64,000 nt of DNA. Source: Antedon mediterranea (taxonomy: Eukaryota; Animalia; Echinodermata). Shown here one piece after another: positions 1-13,500 of the stretch; position 1 is the stretch's first letter; the number at the start of each line of letters is the position of its first letter. The notes below the pieces were generated by a model that was not told the DNA's origin, did not search any database, and worked only from the letters and a program-made list of their open reading frames with translations. The stretch is from NCBI RefSeq assembly GCF_964355755.1, contig NC_092679.1, positions 3,254,201-3,318,200 on the forward strand, in the 5' to 3' direction. The position numbers and the translations under genes were made by a program.

Positions 1-20
1 AAAAAGTCATTTACAACCCT

Positions 21-98
21 GGCACTAGGTCTGGATTGAGCCCCGGACCTTAGTATTGGAAGTTAAGCATGTTAACCACCAAGCTACAGCTCCACTAT
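21..98 (-). mobile_element. Degenerate tRNA-derived SINE head in an HSP90 intron
   Basis: Similar to 51628-51720 and 49730-49785 (acaaccctgg...ggattgaacc...ggattggaagg...taaccacc). The minus strand reads as a tRNA-like A-box/B-box head. Confidence 0.45.
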
Positions 99-171
99 AG
101 CTGTTGCTTTACCATAAAGGACGTGGTATGTAAAATATAAACTTTTGATTTTTTTTTCTCTGAACAAACAG

Positions 172-3100
172 ATGAAACTGTGAAAAGAGGAACACAGATT
201 GTTTTGCACTTCAAGGAAGACCAGGCCGAGTATCTAGAGGAAAAGAAAGTCAAAGAGGTTGTCAAGAAACACAGTCAGTTCATTGGATATCCAATCATCC
301 TACAAGTGAGTGTACATTCTGATGACCCAGCCACTTTCTTAGTTTAGTTTAAAGGCTAGAGCGATAACGATCGACTATAAATTGATATGCATTTTTCATA
401 CCTGAAACAAGAAATGAAAACATTTTCTTCCTAGAAGAATAGGATAACCATCTATGCTGCCGTTGATAGAAATAATATTTTCACACATCCAATCAAATCG
501 CGTCATGATTGGTAAGAGCAATAATGTTGTGACAAAACCATTTTATTGTTTTTATTAATCATGTCATGGATTTTTTAGAATATCATTTTATCAAAGACAG
601 CATAAATGATTATCCTATAGTTAAAAAAACACAACACTTTCTAATTTCTATTGTTTTATGCAAGAAAAATATTTCAAATAGCTAATCACTTTTTGTTTTG
701 ATTTCAGTGTGAACGAACAAGAGACAAGGAAGTCAGTGATGATGAAGAGGAGGAAGAGGAAGAAGAAAAGAAAGATGAGGAACAGGAAGAAGACAAGGAT
801 AAACCAAAAATTGAGGATGTTGATGAAGATGAAGAGGAAGAAAAGAAGAAGGAAAAAAAGAAGAAAACTATCAAGGTAAAGATTTTCTAAAAACCCAATT
901 ATTCCACGATTTTATTTTTGGGATATACGGTAGTATCCTACTAGAGACGCAACGCAATGACGCAATACAACTTAAAGGATTTGACCAATCACAAATGATG
1001 GATTATATTTGAACTGTCCCTTGTCATTGGTCAACTTGCTTGCGTTGTGTCTAGGTCCTTGCGTCCAAGTAGTAACCAAGCTTTAGGGTCATCTCTATTT
1101 AGGGGAAACTTTGTTAAACTTTTACTTTATATATATATCAAAAGTATTCAATTGACTTAGATACAAAATACCTCGCATGTCTATGTAGCAGTGCTTGCTT
1201 GGCCAGCAAGTTAACTTTTAAGTATTTTTTTGGATATTGCAGGAAAACTATGTAGAAGACGAGGAATTAAACAAGACCAAACCACTGTGGACACGCAACC
1301 CAGAAGACATCAGCACAGAAGAGTACGGTGAATTCTACAAGAGCCTCACCAATGACTGGGAAGATCATCTTGCTGTTAAGGTATGAATACTTGATTGCAA
1401 GTTATTGTTCATCTTCTACGTAGACCAATGGTTACTGCTTTACTGTACTCTCCAATGAATTGGTTGTACCAAGGCATTCTAACAACAGGATGCTGAGCTC
1501 TGGAGATCAAAGTGTTTATCTGTGGCTGCGACATGATCAGTTTTATGCCCCTTAACAGACACTAACGGAACTAATATTCATTTGTTTAAATTCCAGCATT
1601 TCTCAGTTGAGGGACAACTTGAATTCCGAGCACTCTTGTTTGTACCGAAGAGGGCGCCATTTGATTTATTCGAGAACAAGAAAAAGAAGAATAACATCAA
1701 ATTGTACGTCAGACGTGTGTTTATCATGGACAACTGTGAAGAGATCATGCCAGAGTATCTTAGTAAGTAGATTAAAGACGTCTTAAAATAAGTAGCAAAA
1801 TGGTTCTTGATGTGATAGTCCCTCTTGCTGCTTGAATGAAGCTATACTAGAATATAGAGCTCAGGTGATAGAAACACGCCCCTGTAACTCTCCCTGTAAT
1901 AAAAATATAGAATATATGTTAATAATAATATCTATGACCGTGGAGCGCACGGACAGTTTCACTCAGGATAGATAGATTCTATGTGGGACAAGCTACATGG
2001 TTTTTTCGCTCACCGTTACAACTTGTCGGTGTAAATTGGCCTTTATAGGCTCCATAAGAAAATTGTTCAAATTGAGTATTTTTGTTTAATCATATGAAGT
2101 AGTGTATAAAGTGCAATTGTTTTATTTCAGACTTCGTAAAGGGCGTCGTCGATTCCGAAGACTTGCCGCTCAACATTTCTCGTGAAATGTTGCAACAAAG
2201 CAAGATCTTGAAAGTCATTCGTAAAAACATTGTCAAGAAATGCATGGAACTGTTCAACGAGGTCGCCGAGGACAGAGACAACTACAAGAAATTCTACGAG
2301 CAGTTCAGCAAGAATTTGAAACTCGGTATTCACGAGGATTCAACGAACCGTAACAAGCTAGCAGAACATCTACGATACTTTACGTCGCATTCTGGAGATG
2401 AGATGTCCAGCCTGAAGGAATATGTATCAAGAATGAAGGAAAACCAAACACAGATTTACTACATCACCGGTAATAAATGATATATCAATTAAGATTTCCC
2501 CTAACAATAATTTAAATTTGTATTTAAATTAACTCTCCCAATACCCGACTCTCTGAAATATAGAAACACTCCCAATACCAGACTTTTCTTGAGGACCAAA
2601 AGGTCCCAAATTCATTTTTACCATTAAAAACACATTTAGAATACCAGACTTTCCGGATAACCAGACATATTTTGTCAGGTCAAAGGTGTTTTGGAAAGTT
2701 CACTGTATAGTGATTGAGATTATAAAATAGAAATAATAATAATCATAATGAAATTTATTGTAAGTTTGTTTTTTTTAAATTTTTGCAGGAGAATCAAAGG
2801 ATCAAGTGAACAACTCGGCATTTGTAGAGAAGGTCAAGAAACGTGGATTTGAGGTCATCTACATGACCGAACCAATCGACGAGTACTGCGTACAACAACT
2901 CAAAGAGTACGACGGCAAGACTTTGGTGTCTGTCACAAAGGAAGGCTTGGAGCTACCAGAAGATGAAGAAGAGAAGAAACGACGAGAGGAACAGAGATCT
3001 AAATTTGAGAACCTGTGTACCGTCATGAAAGAAATCCTAGATAAGAAAGTAGAAAAGGTACGCTGATTATTTAAGATATATATTTATTCGTTTTATTTTT

Positions 3101-4059
3101 TGGAAATTTGCTCTTTCTTTGGCATTGACCCATTAAAATACTTAAAATACAGAGCTCATAAAAACAATTATTATACATAAAACAGTAAAAATGATATTGA
3201 TAATTCATTTGTATTTAAAATTATTGTTACTGTTTTACATCTCCTTTGCATTCCATGTCCCTCTCTGTAGAAAAGAATGCTGTTTTTCCTAAGTGGTTTT
3301 GATTTGGTCATTTTAGGTAGCGGTTTCGAGCAGACTCGTAACGTCGCCGTGTTGTATCGTAACAAGTCAGTACGGTTGGTCAGCAAACATGGAGAGAATC
3401 ATGAAAGCACAGGCGCTGCGAGACAGCAGTACAATGGGTTACATGGCGGCCAAGAAACACCTGGAGATCAACCCCGACCACGCTATCATAGACATGCTGA
3501 GAGTAAAAGCTGATGCAGACAAAAACGATAAATCTATGAAAGATTTAGTTATGCTGTTGTTTGAAACATCATTATTGTCATCTGGATTCTCATTGGACGA
3601 TCCTCATGTTCATGCAGTACGCATCCACAAGATGATCAAACTTGGTCTCGGTAAGTTACATTAGTTCAAACTTGTTTAATTGTGCTCGGCTTGTTTCGTC
3701 TGGATTCAACTCGAACAGTACTGACGAGTCAAGGGTTCGTCATACGATTGCTGTCCGAGTTGGCCTTTATGAATATGAATATAACTTGCATACCTATTAC
3801 AATTGTTTAATTTTCTTGTATAAGGTTATATTTTAACTGTTTGTATTGAGTGCAGAATCTGTTTAGGCTTTTAGCCTATTCTCACTCCTGGTTATTGGTG
3901 ACCAAATAAATATTATAATTATAGTAAATATATTTAATTTTTTTTCTACCAGGAATTGATGAGGATGAGGCTGCCACAGAAGAAGGAGCAGAAGACGAAG
4001 AGTTACCACCACTTGAAGGAGACGAGGATGATTCATCCCGAATGGAAGAGGTCGATTAA
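172..4059 (+). CDS. HSP90: Cytosolic heat shock protein 90 (HSP90-alpha/beta, Hsp83 type); 3' portion, 5' exons lie upstream of the window
   Basis: GT-AG exons in continuous frame: 172-305 ([37 protein letters not shown]), 708-875 (charged linker), 1243-1380 ([12 protein letters not shown]), 1597-1762 ([27 protein letters not shown]), 2131-2469 ([15 protein letters not shown]), 2789-3057, 3317-3650, 3953-4059 ending MEEVD-TAA, the cytosolic HSP90 signature. Confidence 0.98.
930..1083. mobile_element. Degenerate MITE, probably PIF/Harbinger type
   Basis: Ends resemble the TIR family AGCTTGGTTCCCACTAG seen more intact at 59788-59897. Internal ACGCAA/TTGCGT inverted motifs. Confidence 0.4.
2530..2707. 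mobile_element. Degenerate MITE, same family as 35868-36051
   Basis: Shares aactctcccaatacc...ccagacttttcttgagg...aaattcatttt...ataccaga...cagacatatt with the intact copy. Confidence 0.6.
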
Positions 4060-4514
4060 ACAACTCTTTTTTTCTACACACATTCACCATCCATCCACCA
4101 CGGCCCCCGCACAGTGTCTGATTTTATTAAATGTTGTTAATACTATATGCACTTGTCTGTAAATGATGACAAAATTATCCGATACTTAGAATATCTTAGC
4201 AATTTTGATTGAATTCCATCTCGGTGTTTTCTTTGTATGATGTATAATACTTACATAACATTTACTTTAAAACCAGTCGGACCAGACCTAAAAACACTAC
4301 CTTTATATAATGTAATTGTAAAAAAATATATAACCGATATGGAATAATTTACTGAAAGATAATGATATCAATTCAAAACAGAATATGAATATACAGTTGA
4401 AATGGATATACATAGTGTGGTAATATTAGCTTGTTCGTTCTTTGTGAAACTTTTTCCATATTAAAACAGGCAGATGTTGATGTTTAACGTCTAATGGTTG
4501 TATTAAAACTTGAA

Positions 4515-4520
4515 AATAAA
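4515..4520 (+). promoter_or_regulatory. Candidate HSP90 polyadenylation signal
   Basis: AATAAA ~455 nt after the stop codon, followed by a GT/T-rich tract (tgttattgtgtttt), just before the repeat block begins. Confidence 0.55.
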
Positions 4521-4609
4521 AACATTGCAATAATATACACTGTTATTGTGTTTTAATTAATAACTTGGTTCATATTGTGCAAATTTATCATTATAAATCA
4601 ATTTCTAAC

Positions 4610-7578
4610 CCATAAAAAATAAAGGGGTTGAAAGATGGCCAAAATATCTACTTTTTAAATTCAATAATATTGCCATATATGCGCATATATTGTGTTATCA
4701 TCATCTTATAGTACCATAGCCACCAGTTATGTCGAAAAATAAAAGGGTCAAAATTGGCCATTTTTGAAAAAATCCCTGAAATATAGTATAGGGATTTTTT
4801 CGAAAAATGGGAAAAATATCCACTTTTTAAAATTCAATAATTATGCCATAATATTGCCATATTTGCGCATATATTGTGTTATAATCTTATAGTACCAGAG
4901 ACACCAGTTATGTCGAAAAGTAAAAGGGTCGAAAATCTGGTTACTGGTTACTATAGCACAATTGGCATGCGCAGAACCCATTATATTATTCGCATCTGCG
5001 CATGTTTATTATGCTATAGTAACCATTTATGTCAGAACTGGTTACTATAGCACATAAAAAAAATCGGCCATTTTTACTAAAGCATAATAAACATGCGCAG
5101 AGTGGAATAATGGGTTCTGCGCATGCCAATTGTGCTATAGTAATCAGTTTTATCGAAAAATAAAAAGGTCGAAAATTGGTCCTTTTTTTAAAAAATCCCT
5201 GTACTATATTACAGGGAAATTTTCGAAAAATCGCCAATTTTCGACTTTTTTATTTGTTGACTTTAATGGTTACTATATAGCATAATAAACATGCGCAGAG
5301 TCGAAAAATGCGTTCTGCGCATGTCAATTGCGCTATAGTAACCATTTTTGACATAAATGGTTACTATAGCATAATAAACATGCGCAGAGTGGAATAATGG
5401 GTTCTGCGCATGCCAATTGTGCTATAGTAATCAGTTTTATCGAAAAATAAAAAGGTCGAAAATTGGTCCTTTTTTTAAAAAATCCCTGTACTATAGTACA
5501 GGGAAATTTTCGAAAAATCGCCAATTTTCGACTTTTTTATTTGTTGACTTTAATGGTTACTATATAGCATAATAAACATGCGCAGAGTCGAAAAATGCGT
5601 TCTGCGCATGTCAATTGCGCTATAGTAACCATTTTTGACATAAATGGTTACTATAGCATAATAAACATGCGCAGAGTGGAATAATGGGTTCTGCGCATGC
5701 CAATTGTGCTATAGTAATCAGTTTTATCGAAAAATAAAAAGATCGAAAATTGGTCGTTTTTTGAAAAAATCGCCAATTTTCGACCTTTTTATTTGTTGAC
5801 ATAAATGGTTACTATAGCATAATAAACATGCGCAGAGTCGAATAATGCGTTCTGCGCATGTCAATTGTGCTATAGTAACCACTTTTGACATAAATGGTTA
5901 CTATAGCATAATAAACATGCGCAGAGTGGAATAATGGGTTCTGCGCATGCCAATTGTGCTATTGTAATCAGTTTTATCGAAAATAAAAAGGTCGAAAATT
6001 GGTCCTTTTTTGAAAAAATCCCTGTACTATAGTGCAGAGAAATTTTCGAAAAATCGCCAATTTTCACTTTTTTATTTGTTGACATAAATGGTTACTATAG
6101 CATAATAAACATGCGCAGAGTGGAATAATGGGTTCCGCGCATGCCAATTGTGCTATAGTAATCAGTTTTATCGAAAATTAATAAAAAGGTCGAAAATTGG
6201 TCCTTTTTGAAAAAATCCCTGTACTATAGTGCAGAGAAATTTTCGAAAAATCGCTAATTTTAACTTTTTTATTTGTTGACATAAATGGTTACTATAGCAT
6301 AATAAACATGCGCAGAGTGGAATAATGGGTTCTGCGCATGCCAATTGTGCTATAGTAATCAGTTTTATCGAAAAATAAAAAGGTCGAAAATTGGTCCTTT
6401 TTGGAAAAAATCGCCAATTTTCGACCTTTTTATTTGTTGACATAAATGGTTACTATAGCATAATAAACATGCGCAGAGTCGAATAATGCGTTCTGCGCAT
6501 GTCAATTGTGCTATAGTAACCACTTTTGACATAAATGGTTACTATAGCATAATAAACATGCGCAGAGTGGAATAATGGGTTCTGCGCATGCCAATTGTGC
6601 TATAGTAATCAGTTTTATCGAAAATAAAAAGGTCGAAAATTGGTCCTTTTTTGAAAAAATCCCTGTACTATAGTACAGGGAAATTTTCGAAAAATCGCCA
6701 ATTTTCGAACTTTTTATTTGTTGACATAAATGGTTACTATAGCATAATAAACATGCGCAGAGTGGAATAATGGGTTGTGCGCATCCCAATTGTGCTATAG
6801 TAATCAGTTTTATCGAAAATTAATAAAAAGGTCGAAAATTGGTCCTTTTTGAAAAAATCCCTGTACTATAGTACAGAGAAATTTTCGAAAAATCGCTAAT
6901 TTTAACTTTTTTATTTGTTGACTTAAATGGTTACTATATAGCATAATAAACATGCGCAGAGTGGAATAATGGGTTCTGCGCATGCCAATTGTGCTATAGT
7001 AATCAGCTTTATCGAAAAATAAAAAGGTCGAAAATTGGTCCTTTTTGAAAAAATCCGTGTACTATAGTACAGGAAAATTTTCGAAAAATAGCCAATTTTC
7101 GACCTTTTCATTTGTTGACATAAATGGTTACTAAAGCATAATAAACATGCGCAGAGTCGAATAATGCGTTCTGCACATGTCAATTGTACTATAGTAACCA
7201 CTTTTGACATAAATGGTTACTATAGCATAATAAACATGCGCAGAGGCGAATAATGGGTTCTGCGTATGTCAATTGTGCTATAGTAACGAGTTTTATCGAA
7301 AAATAAAAAGGTCGAAAATTGGTCTTTTTTGAAAAAATCCCTGTACTATAGTACAGGGAAATTATCAAAAAATCGCCAATTTTCGACCTTTTTATTTGTT
7401 GACATAAATGGTTACTATAGCATAATAAACATGCACAGAGTCGAATAATGTGTTCTGCGCATGTCAATTGTGCTATAGTAACCACTTTTGACATAAATGG
7501 TTACTATAGCATAATAAACATGCGCAGAGTCGAACAATGGGTTCTGCGCATGCCAATTGTGCTATAGTAATCAGTTTT
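4610..7578. repeat. Tandem repeat family A, left block (hairpin-rich ~89-bp and ~195-bp modules)
   Basis: Recurrent gacataaatggttactatagcataataaacatgcgcagagt(g/c)gaataatg(g/c)gttctgcgcatg..caattgtgctatagtaa, for example at 5798, 5887 and 6081. One inverted unit at ~4940-5032. Diverged copies at 4610-4935. Confidence 0.93.
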
Positions 7579-10500
7579 TATAATGATATAAGCAGTGAGT
7601 TAGGCAGATCATAAGTCAGCTCTCCTTAATTGCCTAAGTCACACAGCTGATTTAGGCAGAAACACAAAAAATATAGTATATTGATATAAGCAGTGAGTTA
7701 GGCAGAAAAAAAAAATTATGACTTAGACAATTATGTTATGAGGCTGTCGATATCATCTATATACAAAAAATGCTACCTTTAAGTAACAAAATGTAATAGC
7801 ATTAGCTCTTCAGATTAAAATTAACACTGATGATTTTAGAAAAGGAAAGTAGCAATAAAAGAGAAAGAATTTGTAACACATGGGTTAAAAAATATACTAT
7901 AAAAATGTATTTCTTATTTTATTTAAAAAATCATGAGTCTCCTCTCCTTAATTGCCTAAGTCACACAGCTGACTTAGGCAGAAACAAACGATCTGAGCAT
8001 GTGCAAATAAAAGCACTCAGATTGTACAGAGGGCAGTATAATGATATAAGCAGTGAGTTAGGCAGATCATAAGTCAGCTCTCCTTAATTGCCTAAGTCAC
8101 ACAGCTGACTTAGGCAGAAACACAACAAATATAGTATATTGATATAAGCAGTGAGTTAGGCAGATCATAAGTCAGCTCTCCTTAATTGCCTAAGTCACAT
8201 TGCTGATTTTGGCAGAAACACAACAAATATAGTATATTGATATAAGCAGTGAGTGAGGCAGAAAAACAAAAACAAAATTATGACTTAGAAACTTTTGTTA
8301 TGAGGCTGTCGATATCATCTATATACAAAAAATGCTACCTTTAAGTAACAAAATTTAATAGCATTAGCTCTTCAGATTAAAATTAACACTGATGATTTTA
8401 GAAAAGGAAAGTAGCAATAAAAGAGAAAGAATTTGTAACAAATGGGTTAAAAAATATACTATAAAAATGTATTTCTTATTTTATTTAAAAAATCATGAGT
8501 CTCCTCTCCTTAATTGCCTAAGTCAGCTGTGTGACTTAGGCAGAAACACAAAAAACGATCTGAGCATGTGCAAATGTATATAAAAGCACTCAGAAAATGT
8601 ACAGAGGGCAGCTGCAGTATAATGATATAAGCCGTGAGTTAGGTAGATCATAAGTCAGCTCTCCTTAATTGCCTAAGTCACGGAGCTGACTTAGACAGAA
8701 AAAAACAAAATATAGTATATTGATATAAGCAGTGAGTTAGGCAGAAAAACAAAAACAAAATTATGATTTAGACACTTTTGTTATGAGGCTGTCGATATCA
8801 TCTATATACAAAAAATGCTACCTTTTAGTAACAAAATGTAATAGCATTAGATCTTTAGATTAAAATTAACACTGATGATTTTAGAAAAGGAAAGTAGCAA
8901 TAAAAGAGAAAGAATTAACAAATGGGTTAAAAAATATACTATAAAAATGTATTTCTTATTTTATTAAAAAAATCATGAGTCTCCTCTCCTTAATTGCCTA
9001 AGTCACACAGCTGACTTAGCCAGAAACACAAATAACGATCTGAACATGTGCAAATAAAAGCACTCACAGATAATGTACAGAGGGCAGTATAATGATATAA
9101 GCAGTGAGTTAGGAAGATCATAAGTCAGCTCTCCTTAATTGCTTAAGTCACACAGCTGATTTTGGCAGAAACACAACAAATATAGTATATTGATATAAGC
9201 AGTGAGTTAGGCAGAAAAACAAAAACAAAATTATGACTTAGACACTTTTGTTATGAGGCTGTCGATATCATCTATATACAAAAAATGCTACCTTTAAGTA
9301 ACAAAATGTAATAGCATTAATAGCTCTTCAGATTAAAATTAACACTGATGATTTTAGAAAAGGTAAGTAGCAATAAAAGAGAAAGAATTTGTAACAAATG
9401 GGTTAAAAAATATACTATAAAAATGTATTTCTTATTTTATTTAAAAAATCATGAGTCTCCTCTCCTTAATTGCCTAAGTCACACAGCTGACTTAGGCAGA
9501 AACACAAAAAACGATCTGAGCATGTGCAAATGTATATAAAAGCATTCAGATAATGTACAGAGGGCAGTATAATGATATAAGCAGTGAGTTAGGCAGATCA
9601 TAAGTCAGCTCTCCTTAATTGCCTAAGTCACATAGCTGACTTAGGCAGAAACAAAAAAATATAGTATATTGATATAAGCAGTGAGTTAGGCAGATCATAA
9701 GTCAGCTCTCCTTAATTGCCTAAGTCACACAGCTGATTTGGGCAGAAACACAACAAATATAGTATATTGATATAAGCAGTGAGTTAGGAAGAAAAACAAA
9801 AACAAAATTATGACTTAGACACTTTTGTTATGAGGCTGTCGATATCATCTATATACAAAAAATGCTACCTTTAAGTAACAAAATTTAATAGCATTAGCGC
9901 TTCAGATTAAAATTAACACTATGATTTTAGAAAAGGAAAGTAGCAATAAAAAAGAAAGAATTTGTAACAAATGGGTTAAAAAATATACTATAAAAATGTA
10001 TTTCTTATTTTATTTAAAAAATCATGAGTCTCCTCTCCTTAATTGCCTAAGTCACACAGCTGACTTAGCCAGAAACACAAATAACGATCTGAGCATGTGC
10101 AAATAAAAGCACTCACAGATAATGTACAGAGGGCAGTATAATGATATAAGCAGTGAGTTAGGAAGATCATAAGTCAGCTCTCCTTAATTGCTTAAGTCAC
10201 ACAGCTGATTTTGGCAGAAACACAACAAATATAGTATATTGATATAAGCAGTGAGTTAGGCAGAAAAACAAAAACAAAATTATGACTTAGACACTTTTGT
10301 TATGAGGCTGTCGATATCATCTATATACAAAAAATGCTACCTTTAAGTAACAAAATGTAATAGCATTAATAGCTCTTCAGATTAAAATTAACACTGATGA
10401 TTTTAGAAAAGGTAAGTAGCAATAAAAGAGAAAGAATTTGTAACAAATGGGTTAAAAAATATACTATAAAAATGTATTTCTTATTTTATTTAAAAAATCA

Positions 10501-13500
10501 TGAGTCTCCTCTCCTTAATTGCCTAAGTCACACAGCTGACTTAGGCAGAAACACAAAAAACGATCTGAGCATGTGCAAATGTATATAAAAGCACTCAGAT
10601 AATGTACAGAGGGCAGTATAATGATATAAGCAGTGAGTTAGGCAGATCATAAGTCAGCTCTCCTTAATTGCCTAAGTCACACAGCTGACTTAGGCAGAAA
10701 CACAAAAAATAAATATAGTATATTGATATAAGCAGTGAGTTAGGCAGATCATAAGTCAGCTCTCCTTAATTGCCTAAGTCACACAGCTGATTTGGGCAGA
10801 AACACAACAAATATAGTATATTGATATAAGCAGTGAGTTAGGCAAAAAAACAAAAACAAAATTATGACTTAGACACTTTTGTTATGAGGCTGTCGATATC
10901 ATCTATATACAAAAAATGCTACCTTTAAGTAACAAAATTTAATAGCATTAGCTCTTCAGATTAAAATTAACACTTATGATTTTAGAAAAGGAAAGTAGTA
11001 ATAAAAGAGAAAGAATTTGTAACAAATGGGTTAAAAAATATACTATAAAAATGTATTTCTTATTTTATTTAAAAAATCATGAGTCTCCTCTCCTTAATTG
11101 CCTAAGTCACACAGCTGACTTAGGCAGAAACACAAAAAACGATCTGAGCATGTGCAAATAAATGCACTCAGATAATGTACAGAGGGCAGTATAATGATAT
11201 AAGCAGTGAGTTAGGTAGATCATAAGTCAGCTCTCCTTAATTGCCTAAGTCACACAGCTGACTTAGGCAGAAACACACAAAGTATAGTATATTGATTTAA
11301 GCAGTGAGTTCGGCAGATCATAAGTCAGCTCTCCTTAATTGCCTAAGTCACACAGCTGATTTGGGCAGAAACACAACAAATATAGTATATTGATATAAGC
11401 AGTGAGTTAGGCAGAAAAACAAAAACAAAATTATGACTTAGACACTTTTGTTATGAGGCTGTCGATATCATCTATATACAAAAAATGCTACCTTTAAGTA
11501 ACAAAATTTAATAGCATTAGCTCTTCAGATTAAAATTAACACTTATGATTTTAGAAAAGGAAAGTAGCAATAAAAGAGAAAGAATTTGTAACAAATGGGT
11601 TAAAAAATATACTATAAAAATGTATTTCTTATTTTATTTCAAAAATCATGAGTCTCCTCTCCTTAATTGCCTAAGTCAGCTGTGTGACTTAGGCAGAAAC
11701 ACAAAAAACGACCTGAGCATGTGCAAATGTATATAAAAGCACTCAGATAATGTACAGAGGGCAGTATAATGATATAAGCAGTGAGTTAGGCAGATCATAA
11801 GTCAGCTCTCCTTAATTGCCTAAGTCACACAGCTGACTTAGGCAGAAACACACAAAATATAGTATATTGATTTAAGCAGTGAGTTCGGCAGATCATAAGT
11901 CAGCTCTCCTTAATTGCCTAAGTCACACAGCTGACTTAGGCAGAAACACAACAAATATAGTATATTGATATAAGCAGTGAGTTAGGCAGAAAAACAAAAA
12001 CAAAATTATGATTTAGACACTTTTGTTATGAGGTTGTCGATATCATCTATATACAAAAAATGCTACCTTTAAGTAACAAAATGTAATAGCATTAATAGCT
12101 CTTCAGATTAAAATTAACACTGATGATTTTAGAAAAGGTAAGTAGCTATAAAAGAGAAAGAATTTGTAACAAATGGGTTAAAAAATATACTATAAAAATG
12201 TATTTCTTATTTTATTTAAAAAATCATGAGTCTCCTCTCCTTAATTGCCTAAGTCACACAGCTGACTTAGGCAGAAACACAAAAAACGATCTGAGCATGT
12301 GCAAATGTATATAAAAGCACTCAGAAAATGTACAGAGGGCAGTATAATGATATAAGCAGTGAGTTAGGTAGATCATAAGTCAGCTCTCCTTAATTGCCTA
12401 AGTCACACAGCTGACTTGGGCAGAAACACAACAAATATAGTATATTGATTTAAGCAGTGAGTTCGGGAGATCATAAGTCAGCTCTCCTTAATTGCCTAAG
12501 TCACACAGCTGACTTAGGCAGAAACACAACAAATATAGTATATTGATATAAGCAGTGAGTTAGGCAGAAAAACAAAAACAAAATTATGATTTAGACACTT
12601 TTGTTATGAGGCTGTCGATATCATCTATATACAAAAAATGCTACCTTTAAGTAACAAAATGTAATAGCATTAATAGCTCTTCAGATTAAAATTAACACTG
12701 ATGATTTTAGAAAAGGTAAGTAGCAATAAAAGAGAAAGAATTTGTAACAAATGGGTTAAAAAATATACTATAAAAATGTATTTCTTATTTTATTTAAAAA
12801 ATCATGAGTCTCCTCTCCTTAATTGCCTAAGTCACACAGCTGACTTTAGGCAGAAACACAAAAAACGATCTGAGCATGTGCAAATGTATATAAAAGCACT
12901 CAGAAAATGTACAGAGGGCAGTATAATGATATAAGCAGTGAGTTAGGTAGATCATAAGTCAGCTCTCCTTAATTGCCTAAGTCACACAGCTGACTTAGGC
13001 AGAAACACAACAAATATAGTATATTGATATAAGCAGTGAGTTAGGCAGAAAAACAAAAACAAAATTATGATTTAGACACTTTTGTTATGAGGCTGTCGAT
13101 ATCATCTATATACAAAAAATGCTACCTTTAAGTAACAAAATGTAATAGCATTAATAGCTCTTCAGATTAAAATTAACACTGATGATTTTAGAAAAGGTAA
13201 GTAGCAATAAAAGAGAAAGAATTTGTAACAAATGGGTTAAAAAATATACTATAAAAATGTATTTCTTATTTTATTTAAAAAATCATGAGTCTCCTCTCCT
13301 TAATTGCCTAAGTCACACAGCTGACTTAGGCAGAAACACAAAAAACGATCTGAGCATGTGCAAATGTATATAAAAGCACTCAGAAAATGTACAGAGGGCA
13401 GTATAATGATATAAGCAGTGAGTTAGGTAGATCATAAGTCAGCTCTCCTTAATTGCCTAAGTCACACAGCTGACTTAGGCAGAAACACAACAAATATAGT

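Noticed and set aside
1381-2130. C/D-box snoRNAs in HSP90 introns
   Set aside because: Only short hairpins and imperfect boxes were found, with no convincing C/D pair with terminal stem and guide.
4986-7494. Minus-strand ORFs in repeat A
   Set aside because: Translations of tandem repeats with frequent frame changes and no domain similarity.
8333-8417. Hammerhead in satellite B (CTGATGA...GAAA with tgctac/gtagca pairing)
   Set aside because: Stem II is only weak A-U pairs, there is no stem I or proper NUH site, and many copies alter the core (cttatga, ggtaag).
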